Origin: Acutalibacteraceae bacterium
GTDB lineage: Bacteria > Bacillota > Clostridia > Oscillospirales > Acutalibacteraceae
Length of the DNA stretch: 64,000 nt
Assembly (NCBI GenBank): GCA_045637465.1
Contig: JAZTZM010000040.1
Coordinates: 111,399 to 175,398, forward strand
Direction: 5' to 3'
Shown: in pieces, positions 37,419 to 46,803 of the stretch
Numbering within the stretch: the stretch's first letter is position 1
Layout of the letters: the number at the start of each line of letters is the position of its first letter
Made by a program: the position numbers and the translations under genes
The notes under the pieces: model-generated
What the model saw: the letters and a program-made list of their open reading frames with translations, nothing else
Databases searched by the model: none
Told to the model about the DNA's origin: nothing

Positions 37419-37625
37419 ATGGAACAGTGGGAATATGACAGAATAAGTGAGCTGACAAGGATTGCGCGTGAGCGTGAGCTGACACCTGAAGAGCAGGAAG
37501 AGCGTGCAGACCTGAGAAGAAGGTATATTGATTCCTTCAAGCGCAGCCTGACTTCACAGCTTGACGTGACTTATATCGTTGACGAAAAGGGCAACAAAAC
37601 CAAACTTGAGCGTAAGAAAAAATAA
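37419..37625 (+). CDS. DUF896 (UPF0291, YnzC-like) small protein
   Basis: 68 aa, ...RINELARKSK-type helix (ISELTRIARERELTPEEQEERADLRRRYIDSFK) typical of DUF896. Confidence 0.8.
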   Translation: MEQWEYDRISELTRIARERELTPEEQEERADLRRRYIDSFKRSLTSQLDVTYIVDEKGNKTKLERKKK

Positions 37626-37649
37626 TTTAACACTGAGAGGTGCTTTAAA

Positions 37650-38504
37650 ATGTATAATTTTTCAATCGGCGTAATTATTGACTCGTTCCGTCTTCCTATC
37701 AAGGATGCGGTGAAGAAGGCAGCTGAGGTTGGTGCTCAGGGCATTCAGGTCTATTCAACAAGGGGCGAAATGGCTCCCGAGAACCTTGATGCTGCTGCAC
37801 GTGCCGAGTTCAAAAAGTTGGTTGAGGGCAACGGCCTTGTTATCTCCGCTCTCTGCGGTGACCTTGGCGGCGGCGGATTCAGCTTTGCTGACAGAAACCC
37901 CGAGAAGATTGAGAAATCAAAGAGAATTCTCGACCTTGCAAAGGAGCTTGGCACAAACGTTGTAACAACACACATCGGTGTTGTGCCTGAGGATAAGAAC
38001 CACGACAGATATAAGGTTATGCAGGAGGCTTGCTACGAGCTTTCACGCTATGCTGACGAAATCGGTGCTCATTTCGCAATTGAAACAGGTCCCGAAACAT
38101 CCGCAGTGCTCAAGGATTTCCTCGATTCACTCGGCTCAACAGGTGTCGGTGTAAACCTTGACCCCGCAAACCTTGTTATGGTAACAGGTGACGACCCCGT
38201 AGGTGCGGTTTACAACCTTCAGAAGTATATCGTACATACACACGCTAAGGACGGCGTTCAGAATTTTGTTGAAGATCCCGAAATTGTTTACGGCCTTAAG
38301 AAGAGACCCGTTGACGTTATTGTCACAGGCGATTCGTTTGATGAAGTTCCGCTTGGCGAAGGCAGTGTTCCGTGGGATGGCTACCTCAAGGCACTTGACG
38401 ATATCGGATATAAAGGCTTCCTTACAATCGAGCGTGAGGTCGGCGACAATCCTGCAGAGGATATCCGTAAGGCAGTTAAATTCCTGGAGGATCATATCAG
38501 ATAA
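37650..38504 (+). CDS. Sugar phosphate isomerase/epimerase (xylose isomerase-like TIM barrel)
   Basis: AP_endonuc_2-type pattern ...FAIETGPE..., ...NLDPANL..., ...HAKDG.... RBS GAGAGG upstream. Confidence 0.82.
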   Translation: MYNFSIGVIIDSFRLPIKDAVKKAAEVGAQGIQVYSTRGEMAPENLDAAARAEFKKLVEGNGLVISALCGDLGGGGFSFADRNPEKIEKSKRILDLAKELGTNVVTTHIGVVPEDKNHDRYKVMQEACYELSRYADEIGAHFAIETGPETSAVLKDFLDSLGSTGVGVNLDPANLVMVTGDDPVGAVYNLQKYIVHTHAKDGVQNFVEDPEIVYGLKKRPVDVIVTGDSFDEVPLGEGSVPWDGYLKALDDIGYKGFLTIEREVGDNPAEDIRKAVKFLEDHIR

Positions 38505-39364
38505 TGAAATTCTCAGTCAGTTCATACAGCTTTCAGCGTCTGCTGAACAGCGGAAAGTATACACAGCTTGATCTTATAAATGTCGCAAAAGAGATGGGCT
38601 TTGACGGTATTGAGTTTATCGACCTTATGCCGACAGACGGTATGAGCGACCTTGAATATGCGGCGGTGCTCCGTGATGCGGCAGAAAAAGCAGGCATCGA
38701 GATTGTGGCTTATACAATCGGTGCGGACTTCCTTGGCGAAAAAGGATGGGAGGCAGAGGCACAAAGGCTTTACGGTCAGGTCGATGTGGCTTATGCTCTT
38801 GGTGCCAAACGTATGCGTCACGATGCAACGGGCGGCTTTAAGGGCGCAGACGCAAAGTATAAGAGCTTTGACAGCGCGCTGCCGATTCTGGCTGACGGAT
38901 GCCGCAAGGTTACCGAGTATGCCGAGCAGAAGGGAATTGCAACAATGGTCGAAAACCACGGCTATTTCTGCCAGGATTCCGTAAGGGTTGAGAAGCTTGT
39001 TAACGCAGTTGCTCACCCGAATTTCGGTCTGCTTGTCGATATGGGCAACTTTATGTGTGCCGACGATGAGCCTGCGACTGCAGTCGGCAGAGTTGCAAAT
39101 TATGCAAAGCACGTCCACGCAAAGGATTTTCATAAGAAGAGCGGCAACGGCCCTGACCCGGGCGACGGCTTCTTCCGTACACGCGGCGGTGATTACCTCA
39201 GAGGTGCTGTTGTCGGTCACGGTGACGTGCCCGTTTATCAGTGTGTTCAGACCCTTAAACGCAGCGGTTATGACGGATATGTCAGCATCGAGTTTGAGGG
39301 CGTTGAGGATAACGAGTGGGCAATCAAAACAGGCCTTGCAAACCTGAAAAAATACGCGGAATAA
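38504..39364 (+). CDS. Sugar phosphate isomerase/epimerase (xylose isomerase-like TIM barrel), second paralog
   Basis: ...MVENHG..., ...LLVDMGNF..., ...HVHAKD..., ...SIEFEG.... The start overlaps the upstream stop (TAATG). Confidence 0.82.
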   Translation: MKFSVSSYSFQRLLNSGKYTQLDLINVAKEMGFDGIEFIDLMPTDGMSDLEYAAVLRDAAEKAGIEIVAYTIGADFLGEKGWEAEAQRLYGQVDVAYALGAKRMRHDATGGFKGADAKYKSFDSALPILADGCRKVTEYAEQKGIATMVENHGYFCQDSVRVEKLVNAVAHPNFGLLVDMGNFMCADDEPATAVGRVANYAKHVHAKDFHKKSGNGPDPGDGFFRTRGGDYLRGAVVGHGDVPVYQCVQTLKRSGYDGYVSIEFEGVEDNEWAIKTGLANLKKYAE

Positions 39365-39384
39365 AGTTTTGCCCCGAAATTGAA

Positions 39385-39432
39385 TAAAAAAATAACGGCT
39401 TGAGAAGGTTGATCCCTCTCAGGCCGTTTTTT
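39385..39432. terminator. Bidirectional terminator between TIM-barrel and GH3-family genes
   Basis: AACGGCTTGAGAAGG ttgat CCCTCTCAGGCCGTT with an A-run before and a T-run after. Confidence 0.65.
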
Positions 39433-39442
39433 AGTTCAGAAT

Positions 39443-41188
39443 TTATTCGTCATTCTTGTGCTCGTTGTAGTAATCAATGGTTGATGATTCTGCTGTGAGC
39501 ACGTGTGAGAAGAAGAACTCTTCTCTGGGCTTGGTGTTGATAACCGTAACAGGTTTGATCTGGTTGAGAACAACACCCTGTGCGCGGAGATTCTCTCTGT
39601 AATCCCAGTATGTGTTGGGGTTGAGGATGAGAATTTCGGGACGGTTGAGCATACCCCAACGTCTATACTTGTAGTACTTCTCGTTAACGTCTTTAAGCTC
39701 TTCGTCAAGAATGTCAATCATTTCCTGGCGCTTCTCTTCGCTTACGTCGCCCTTAAGCTCTGCAAAGAGACAGTAGCGGGGAGGATTGGAGGAGAAATCG
39801 GGATAGAAGCTGTAGCCGACGAAATCGGAGCTTGTTCTCTCGAACATCTTCTTTGCTGCGTAGTCAACCATTGCGGTTGTTGTCTTTTCGTTGGCAACGT
39901 TCATGCTCAGGTTCTTTCTGTAAAGGAACTCGATAACGGGTGTATCGTTATGCATTCTTGTAACCTGAACGATATCCTCCATACGGTATCTGTAAAGACC
40001 TGAAGAGTTTGTAACAACAAGCTCATACTTTTTGCCAACCTCAACCTCGTTGATAAGCAGGGTCTTTGGTGTTTCTGTCTCCTCTTCTTCAGCGTCATCG
40101 TTTACGGGGATGAACTCGAAGAAGATGCTGTAGGGGATAAGTGCGCTGTCGTGTGTGTCAAGCTCTGTCGGCATTGCGAAGAAGCCTTCAGCAGCAGCGT
40201 AACCCATATTGTGAATCGGAACGTTGTCACCGATTGAGCGGCGGAGCTTTTCAACGTAAACCTTGAGGTTTGAGCCGATCATACCGTAAGCGAACGTAAG
40301 TCTGGGCCAGATTCTGGGTGCGATGGGTGTATCGAAGCCCTTGCGGAATTCTTTGCGGAGGAATTCTGCTCTCTTGGGGTTGGGCTTAAGCTTCTTTTCG
40401 TATTCTGCACGAAGCTCGGGTGTGATCTTGATGTTTTCGCCGATTGTGCCGTGCTCGATATCGTCGCAGAGCTGTTCCCAGTTTTCCTCAAGGTAGTCAA
40501 ACATTGTTGTAACAAGAGTTATAACAATACTACCGATGTAGGAAACCTTCTCTTCCTGAAGTGCGAAACGAAGCTGAAGATATGATGTGTCAAGCAGCTC
40601 CTCGTGCTCAGGATAAAGCAGAGAAACGGGAGAGGTGACGAAGAAATTAGAGAAAGGCTTGAGATATGTCAGCGGAACCTGACCGGCACCGTTGCACATC
40701 TTGCCGTCTTCAAGCTTGTGACCTGTAAGGATAATAACGAGCGGACCCATGATAGCGGGCAGCTTTTTGCCCATGTGCTTTTTGATGTGGCGGGATGTTA
40801 CGGCAACAGTGCAGGAGAAACCGCAGCACTGCATATTCCACAGGTCAAAAATTGATTTGGGAAGAATCTTCGGCTTGCCGACACTGCCTGATGATGAGCA
40901 GTAACGGATGTTGGCACCCGTGTACATAATATTCTTCTCTCTGTTGTGGATCATACGGTCTACGAGCGCGTCGTAATCTTCGTAGGTTGAAAGCGGAACC
41001 TTTGAACGGAAATCTTCTAAACTGTGAATGTTGGCAAAATCTAACTTCTTGCCGAGTTCACAGTTCTTGTTTTTTCTGATGATTTTGTTGAGAAGTTTCT
41101 TCTGAGCTTTCATCGGGTTCTTTGACGTACGCTCAAATTTGGCGAGGGTTACTTCGCCAAGCAATGCGCCTAAATCTGAAAAATTCAT
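39443..41188 (-). CDS. GH3-family (auxin-responsive GH3-like) acyl-adenylate-forming enzyme, bacterial homolog
   Basis: 581 aa. N-terminal ...NPMKAQKKLLNKII..N...ELGKK..F..I.S.EDFRSKVPLSTYEDY... and ...SSGSVGKPK.. P-loop-like motif, as recalled for PF03321. Confidence 0.8.
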   Translation of the reverse strand: MNFSDLGALLGEVTLAKFERTSKNPMKAQKKLLNKIIRKNKNCELGKKLDFANIHSLEDFRSKVPLSTYEDYDALVDRMIHNREKNIMYTGANIRYCSSSGSVGKPKILPKSIFDLWNMQCCGFSCTVAVTSRHIKKHMGKKLPAIMGPLVIILTGHKLEDGKMCNGAGQVPLTYLKPFSNFFVTSPVSLLYPEHEELLDTSYLQLRFALQEEKVSYIGSIVITLVTTMFDYLEENWEQLCDDIEHGTIGENIKITPELRAEYEKKLKPNPKRAEFLRKEFRKGFDTPIAPRIWPRLTFAYGMIGSNLKVYVEKLRRSIGDNVPIHNMGYAAAEGFFAMPTELDTHDSALIPYSIFFEFIPVNDDAEEEETETPKTLLINEVEVGKKYELVVTNSSGLYRYRMEDIVQVTRMHNDTPVIEFLYRKNLSMNVANEKTTTAMVDYAAKKMFERTSSDFVGYSFYPDFSSNPPRYCLFAELKGDVSEEKRQEMIDILDEELKDVNEKYYKYRRWGMLNRPEILILNPNTYWDYRENLRAQGVVLNQIKPVTVINTKPREEFFFSHVLTAESSTIDYYNEHKNDE

Positions 41189-41327
41189 TGTACACTTCCT
41201 TTACCTTATAAATCATTGAATCGGGATGTTTTAAATCATACAGGGTTATTATAGCATATTTAGAAAAATAATAATTCTAAAAAAGAAAAATAAAAGCAAA
41301 ATAAGCAGAAAATATGTGGAAAATATA

Positions 41328-41357
41328 ACAGACAGGTAACAAAATGTACCTGTCTGT
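41328..41357 (-). terminator. Terminator after gdhA
   Basis: ACAGACAGGTA ... TACCTGTCTGT 11-bp stem immediately downstream of the gdhA stop. Confidence 0.55.
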
Positions 41358-41364
41358 CGAATTA

Positions 41365-42708
41365 TCAGATAAGGCCCTGTGCCATCATAGCGTCGGCAAC
41401 CTTCTGGAAGCCTGCGATGTTAGCGCCTGCAACAAGGTCGTAGCCGAAACCGTAAGCTTCAGCAGCTGCTGCAGATGAGTCGTGGATGTTCTTCATAATC
41501 TGCTTGAGCTTTGCGTCAACCTCTTCTTCAGTCCAGCTGTATCTCATGCTGTTCTGGCTCATCTCAAGTGCGGATGTTGCAACGCCGCCTGCGTTTACAG
41601 CCTTTGAGGGAGCAACTGCCTTGCAGTTTTCCTTGAGGTATTCGAGAGCATCGTTTGTTGTGGGCATATTTGCAACCTCGATGTAGTAGGGAACACCGTT
41701 TGCAACAAGTTTCTCAGCCTCAGCCATATTGATTTCGTTCTGTGTTGCGCAGGGCATTGCAATGTCAACCTTAACGCCCCAGGGCTTCTCGCCTGCGTGG
41801 AATTCAGCGCCGAACTTGTCTGCATAATCCTGAACCTTGTCGCGACCTGAAGCACGCATCTCGAGCATATATTCAATCTTCTCGTCTGTTGAGATACCGT
41901 CTGCATCGTAAACGTAGCCGTCGGGACCGGAGATTGTGACAACCTTACCGCCAAGCTCAGCAATCTTCTTTGCAGCGCCCCATGCAACGTTACCGAAGCC
42001 GGAGAGAGCAACTGTCTTGCCCTTGATGTCTTCGCCGAAGTGCTTGAGCATTTCTACTGCGTAGTAGGTTGCGCCGTAGCCTGTAGCTTCGGGACGGATG
42101 AGTGAACCGCCGTATGAAAGACCCTTACCGGTGAGAACACCGTTCTCAAATACGCCCTTGATGCGCTTGTACTGACCGTAGAGGTAGCCGATTTCTCTGC
42201 CGCCTACGCCGATGTCGCCTGCGGGAACGTCAATGTCGGGTCCGATGTGTCTGTAAAGCTCAGTCATATAAGCCTGGCAGAAGCGCATAATCTCTGCATC
42301 GCTCTTACCTCTGGGGTCGAAGTCGGAGCCGCCCTTTGCGCCGCCGATGGGAAGACCTGTAAGGCTGTTCTTGAAGGTCTGCTCAAAGCCGAGGAACTTC
42401 ATGATGCCGCTGTAAACTGAGGGGTGGAAACGAAGGCCGCCCTTGTAGGGACCGATTGCACCGTTGAACTGAACACGGTAGCCTGTGTTGACGTGGACCT
42501 TATTGCTGTCGTCAACCCAAGTTACACGGAATGTGATCATTCTCTCGGGCTCAACCATTCTCTCGAGGAGTGAATACTTCTCGTATTCGGGGTGATTATC
42601 GATAACGGGCTTGAGAGAAGCGAGAACCTCTGTTACGGTCTGCACAAACTCAGGCTCGTTTGCATGCTTTTCAGCAACGCTTGCTATTACTCTGTCAACG
42701 TAATTCAT
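41365..42708 (-). CDS. gdhA: Glutamate dehydrogenase (hexameric 50-kDa class)
   Basis: Near-colinear with C. symbiosum GDH (MNYVDRVIASVAEKHANEPEFVQTV...GGAKGGSDFDPRGKSD...). ATG at 42708 sits 9 nt after GGAG. The TTG at 42723 used by the track adds 5 aa. Confidence 0.95.
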   Translation of the reverse strand: MNYVDRVIASVAEKHANEPEFVQTVTEVLASLKPVIDNHPEYEKYSLLERMVEPERMITFRVTWVDDSNKVHVNTGYRVQFNGAIGPYKGGLRFHPSVYSGIMKFLGFEQTFKNSLTGLPIGGAKGGSDFDPRGKSDAEIMRFCQAYMTELYRHIGPDIDVPAGDIGVGGREIGYLYGQYKRIKGVFENGVLTGKGLSYGGSLIRPEATGYGATYYAVEMLKHFGEDIKGKTVALSGFGNVAWGAAKKIAELGGKVVTISGPDGYVYDADGISTDEKIEYMLEMRASGRDKVQDYADKFGAEFHAGEKPWGVKVDIAMPCATQNEINMAEAEKLVANGVPYYIEVANMPTTNDALEYLKENCKAVAPSKAVNAGGVATSALEMSQNSMRYSWTEEEVDAKLKQIMKNIHDSSAAAAEAYGFGYDLVAGANIAGFQKVADAMMAQGLI

Positions 42709-42766
42709 GGTATAATTCTCCAATACAAATAAAAATTGCGCTTTTTATATAGACGCGATGTAGAAA

Positions 42767-42795
42767 ATTATAATGCCGAGCGTATGAAAATGCAA
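42767..42795 (-). promoter_or_regulatory. Sigma-A type promoter candidate for gdhA
   Basis: Minus strand: TTGCAT (42795-42790), 17 nt, TATAAT (42772-42767). The -35 lies within the first ATGCAAGAT repeat. Confidence 0.55.
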
Positions 42796-42931
42796 GATTT
42801 TTTTTGAGAAATTTCATTTTTGGCGAATTAATTAGGTTTTTATACTCAAATTATGCAAGATGTGTGCAAAATGTGCAAGAAAAACGGCAACGTTGAAAAA
42901 TGTTATGCAAGATTTCCTGCAAAAGCATAAC
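42790..42931. promoter_or_regulatory. Cluster of ATGCAAGAT / TGCAA(G/A)A repeats plus a GTTATGC-N16-GCATAAC inverted repeat in the gdhA-glnN intergenic region
   Basis: ATGCAAGAT at 42790, 42853, 42905. TGCAAGA at 42874. TGCAAAA at 42865 and 42918. Inverted repeat at 42902-42908 / 42925-42931. Confidence 0.5.
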
Positions 42932-43115
42932 GGCATTCATTAAGTGAATTTTCGCTTTGTTTTATTTTAGCTGAACCGAGCGGAAAGAGGGCAAAAAACA
43001 CAGCGTTTGTTCTCTTTTTTTGCATGGTTTGCGCTCATGATTATATAAAAATACCAAAAGGTAACGGCTCTGTGTGAACGTTTGCTTGTATATACGACGA
43101 AATTTGAATATTTAA

Positions 43116-43144
43116 TTGAAATGGGAGATGCTTTATGATAGAAT
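43116..43144 (+). promoter_or_regulatory. Sigma-A type promoter candidate for glnN
   Basis: TTGAAA (43116-43121), 17 nt, TAGAAT (43139-43144). Confidence 0.4.
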
Positions 43145-43200
43145 GACAACGTATTTTCGGATTTTATTTTCTTTGTTTACGAAAGGTTTGGTGCTTTCCC

Positions 43201-45294
43201 ATGATGAAGGATATCCCCGAGCTGTTTGGCAGCCTTGTGTTCAACGATGACGTTATGAGCGCACGTCTGCCCAGGGAGATTTACAAATCGCTTCATAAGA
43301 CCATAGAAGAGGGCAAGGCTCTCGACATCACGGTTGCAAATGCAGTTGCCGCAGGTATGAAAGACTGGGCGATTGAGCACGGCGCAACCCACTATACCCA
43401 TTGGTTCCAGCCTCTCACCGGCATCACCGCCGAGAAGCACGACAGCTTCCTTTCTCCGCAGGCAGATGGCAGAGTTATAATGGAGTTTTCGGGTAAGGAG
43501 CTCATCAAAGGTGAGCCTGACGCTTCATCGTTCCCCTCAGGCGGTCTGCGTGAAACCTTTGAAGCACGCGGCTACACAGCCTGGGACCCCACATCATACG
43601 CATTCATCAAAGACGATTCACTCTGCATCCCCACAATTTTCTGCTCGTTCGGCGGCGAAGTGCTTGATAAAAAAACACCCCTCCTGCGTTCGATGGAGGC
43701 CATCGATGCCAAGGCAACACGTCTGCTCAAGCTTATGGGCGATGATCAGGTGACGCGTGTCAGCTCAACCGTCGGTCCGGAGCAGGAGTATTTCCTTGTT
43801 GATAAGCAGACCTACCGCAAACGCCGTGACCTTGTTATCACGGGCCGCACACTCTTCGGTGCAAAGCCGCCCAAGGGTCAGGAGCTTGACGACCACTATT
43901 TCGGCGTAATCAAGCCCAGAGTAAAGGCGTTTATGAAGGAGCTCAACGAAGAGCTCTGGAAGCTTGGCGTTTACGCAAAAACAGAGCATAACGAGGCTGC
44001 ACCTGCTCAGCACGAGCTTGCGCCCGTTTTCACAACCACAAACACTGCAGCTGACCACAACCAGCTGACAATGGAAATAATGAAAAAGGTTGCCGACCGT
44101 CACGGTCTTACCTGCCTGCTTCACGAGAAGCCCTTTGCAGGCGTAAACGGCAGCGGTAAGCACAACAACTGGTCACTCTCCACAAACTACGGCAAAAACC
44201 TTTTCAAACCCGGCAAGAAGCCGCAGGATAATCGCGTCTTCCTTGTTTCACTCTGTGCAGTGCTTGAGGCAGTTGACCGCAGTCAGGATCTTCTTCGTAT
44301 CGTATCTGCTTCTGCAGGTAACGATCACCGTCTCGGTGCGGCAGAAGCTCCGCCCGCAATCATCTCCGTTTTCCTCGGTGACGAGCTGACAGAGATTCTC
44401 GACGCTGTTGAACGCGGCGAGCACGGCGAAAACAAGAAGAGCGAAACGGTTGTAACAGGTGTTGAAGTTCTTCCCGATTTCAAGAAGGACACAACGGACC
44501 GTAACCGTACATCTCCCATTGCATTCACCGGCAACAAATTTGAGTTCCGTATGCTCGGCTCATCATTCTCAATTGCCGATATCAACACGGTTATCAACAC
44601 AGCGGTTGCCGATGTATTTGATAGACTTGCCGACAGACTTGAGGCTTGTAACGACGTTGATGCAGAGCTTGACAAGTGGATGTCAGAGACAATCACAGCC
44701 CACAAGCGAATCGTATTCAACGGCAACAACTACAATCAGGCATGGATTGACGAGGCTCACCGCAGAGGTCTGTTTGAACTCAAGACAACAGCTGATGCAG
44801 TTCCGCTTTTTGTCAGCGAAAAGAATGTTGAGCTCTTCACAAAGCACAAGATTTTCACCAAGAGTGAGATGGCATCGCGCTGTGAAATTATGCTTGACAG
44901 CTACTGCAAGGTGCTTCACATTGAGGCGCTCACAATGCTCGAAATGGCACGCAAGGAGATAACACCTGCTGTTGTGACATACACTAACGAGATTGCAGAA
45001 AACGTCAGCCTGAAGAAGAATATAGGCATCCTTTCCGAAAACGATGCAACACTTGCACTCTGCAAGAAACTGACAGAGCTCACAAATGATCTTTGCACAA
45101 AAACAGCAGCACTTGACAATGCAGTAGTTGGTCTTGATCACGCAGGCACAAGCCTTGATGCTTCATCATACTGTCGCGATATGCTCCTGCCCGCAATGAA
45201 TTCGCTGCGTGCGGTTGCTGATGAGCTTGAAACAATTGTTGCAGAAAAGCATTGGCCGTATCCGACATACAGCGAGCTTCTTTTCAACGTATAA
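43201..45294 (+). CDS. glnN: Glutamine synthetase type III
   Basis: 697 aa. N-terminal ...[13 protein letters not shown]...LPREIYKSL... and ...[16 protein letters not shown]... GS catalytic region typical of GSIII. Confidence 0.9.
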   Translation: MMKDIPELFGSLVFNDDVMSARLPREIYKSLHKTIEEGKALDITVANAVAAGMKDWAIEHGATHYTHWFQPLTGITAEKHDSFLSPQADGRVIMEFSGKELIKGEPDASSFPSGGLRETFEARGYTAWDPTSYAFIKDDSLCIPTIFCSFGGEVLDKKTPLLRSMEAIDAKATRLLKLMGDDQVTRVSSTVGPEQEYFLVDKQTYRKRRDLVITGRTLFGAKPPKGQELDDHYFGVIKPRVKAFMKELNEELWKLGVYAKTEHNEAAPAQHELAPVFTTTNTAADHNQLTMEIMKKVADRHGLTCLLHEKPFAGVNGSGKHNNWSLSTNYGKNLFKPGKKPQDNRVFLVSLCAVLEAVDRSQDLLRIVSASAGNDHRLGAAEAPPAIISVFLGDELTEILDAVERGEHGENKKSETVVTGVEVLPDFKKDTTDRNRTSPIAFTGNKFEFRMLGSSFSIADINTVINTAVADVFDRLADRLEACNDVDAELDKWMSETITAHKRIVFNGNNYNQAWIDEAHRRGLFELKTTADAVPLFVSEKNVELFTKHKIFTKSEMASRCEIMLDSYCKVLHIEALTMLEMARKEITPAVVTYTNEIAENVSLKKNIGILSENDATLALCKKLTELTNDLCTKTAALDNAVVGLDHAGTSLDASSYCRDMLLPAMNSLRAVADELETIVAEKHWPYPTYSELLFNV

Positions 45295-45310
45295 TTAAAT
45301 TCACATTCAA

Positions 45311-45340
45311 AGGAGAGCACGGCTCTCCTTTTTTATTTTT
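45311..45340 (+). terminator. Terminator after glnN
   Basis: AGGAGAGC acg GCTCTCCT followed by TTTTTATTTTT. Confidence 0.6.
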
Positions 45341-45382
45341 AAAAATAAAATTATTTTTATCTGTTCGTTTTTTTGTATCAGC

Positions 45383-45513
45383 ATAAAAACTACTTTCAAA
45401 AAGGGTTTTTAAGCTCCCCTTGAAGGGAGCCGGATTTGCCGCAGGCAAAGACTGAGGGTTGCATTGATTTGTTATGCGGCATAAAGCCGCAGTCACTTTT
45501 GTCACGCGTAACA
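45383..45513 (+). repeat. About 130-bp direct repeat, copy 1 (chain of short hairpins)
   Basis: ATAAAAACTACTTTCAAAAAGGG..AAGCTCCC.TTGAAGGGAGCCGGATTTGCCGCAGGCAAAGACTGAGGGTTGC...ATGCGGCATAAAGCCGCAGTCACTTTTGTCACGCGTAACA. Nearly identical to 46804-46932 apart from an internal stretch of about 12 nt. Confidence 0.85.
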
Positions 45514-45918
45514 AAAGTAACCAAAAATACTTTTTTGCTATAAGCACTCCGCTACGGCTGACGGATTAAACTCCGTTCGTTTAATCGGAACGCAAAAGTG
45601 CATTCCGATTACCGTTACGGCTATTAATATAAATCAGATTTTGCACGTTTTATCTGCCGCCTACGGACACTCACTCGGATATTCATAAAAGCACATCGCC
45701 GTCAGCATGCTCCGCTCAAAGTCACAGCATTTGTCATTTATTATGGGATGATATTTTTATGCTTTTCTTCCCGTTTACTATAAGCAAAAGACGGAGGATT
45801 GCAGAAACATAGTAATTTTATTCTTATAACAATCCTCAGTCACTTTGCTCAGGATGACATTGACAGAAATAAACATTGGATATATAATAAGATCAAACAA
45901 AGAAAGGTGATAAAAAAC

Positions 45919-46623
45919 ATGAAAAAATTATTATCAATTCTTCTTGCGGTTATTCTTGCTTTTTCTGCATTCACAATGGTTTCGTTCGCTGAAGAAACCA
46001 CCGACGCACCTGCAGACGTTACCGACGCTCCCACAGACATCAGTGATTCTATGTATGCTAAGTGGATGGATGAGCAGCTCAACAGCAATGTTGCCAACGC
46101 GGAACTTGCCATAGAAGCGACCTTTTCCGGCGAAGACGCGCCAGTTAACATATACATAAAAGGCGGTAAAATAGCTATAGAAATTTCGCGCAAAATTGGA
46201 TTATTTAATTCAAAACTTAAAATGATAACTGACATTAACAGCGGAAACATTAAAATTTATTTTCCTATTCTTCCTTTTTTCTATATGAATTTTGATGCCT
46301 CGAGTGATTACGTTAATGATTTTGCAGATATTCCGTTGGTTGATTACTCAGATCTTGTTCTTGAAAGCGTGGGCAAAGTGCAAGAGTCCGGAACGGAATA
46401 TTATGTTGAAGAATTCAGAAACACTGAAGTAGATGCGGATATGGACTGTTATTTCAAAGACGGAGAGTTAGTCCGCATAGAAATGCACGGCTCTGATTCA
46501 AGTGCATTTATAGCAGAAGTTTCTTGCGATGTTTCCGACAAAGACGTAGAGCTTCCGTTCTATGCATTCATCGATGTGACACCGCTTCTTACTTTGTTCG
46601 AAACCTTATTCGGATTAATCTAA
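45919..46623 (+). CDS. Secreted protein of unknown function (low-GC cassette gene)
   Basis: Signal peptide MKKLLSILLAVILAFSAFTMVSFA behind AAAGGTGA. Visibly AT-rich coding sequence. The 40-aa upstream extension in the track was rejected. Confidence 0.75.
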   Translation: MKKLLSILLAVILAFSAFTMVSFAEETTDAPADVTDAPTDISDSMYAKWMDEQLNSNVANAELAIEATFSGEDAPVNIYIKGGKIAIEISRKIGLFNSKLKMITDINSGNIKIYFPILPFFYMNFDASSDYVNDFADIPLVDYSDLVLESVGKVQESGTEYYVEEFRNTEVDADMDCYFKDGELVRIEMHGSDSSAFIAEVSCDVSDKDVELPFYAFIDVTPLLTLFETLFGLI

Positions 46624-46630
46624 ACAACGC

Positions 46631-46665
46631 AAAGCCTGCAACGCTTTTGTTGCAGGCTTTTTTAT
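46631..46665 (+). terminator. Terminator of the cassette gene
   Basis: AAAGCCTGCAAC gctttt GTTGCAGGCTTT followed by TTTAT. Confidence 0.65.
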
Positions 46666-46803
46666 ATCCGTATTGCTGGTCATTCTTAAGCGTTAAGCGA
46701 AGAATCTTTTTCGGCTCCCTCATTGAGGGGGCTGTCAGTGCAGCTGACTGAGGGAGTTTAAGATCCTTCACTTCGTTCAGGATGACATTGGTAAATGGTT
46801 TTG

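Noticed and set aside
38522-39220. 232-aa minus-strand ORF inside the second TIM-barrel isomerase gene
   Set aside because: It is an antisense shadow frame. The sense frame carries the conserved isomerase motifs.
45799-45918. 40-aa N-terminal extension of the cassette protein
   Set aside because: A classic signal peptide begins at ATG 45919 behind an RBS. The extension runs through repeat/hairpin DNA.
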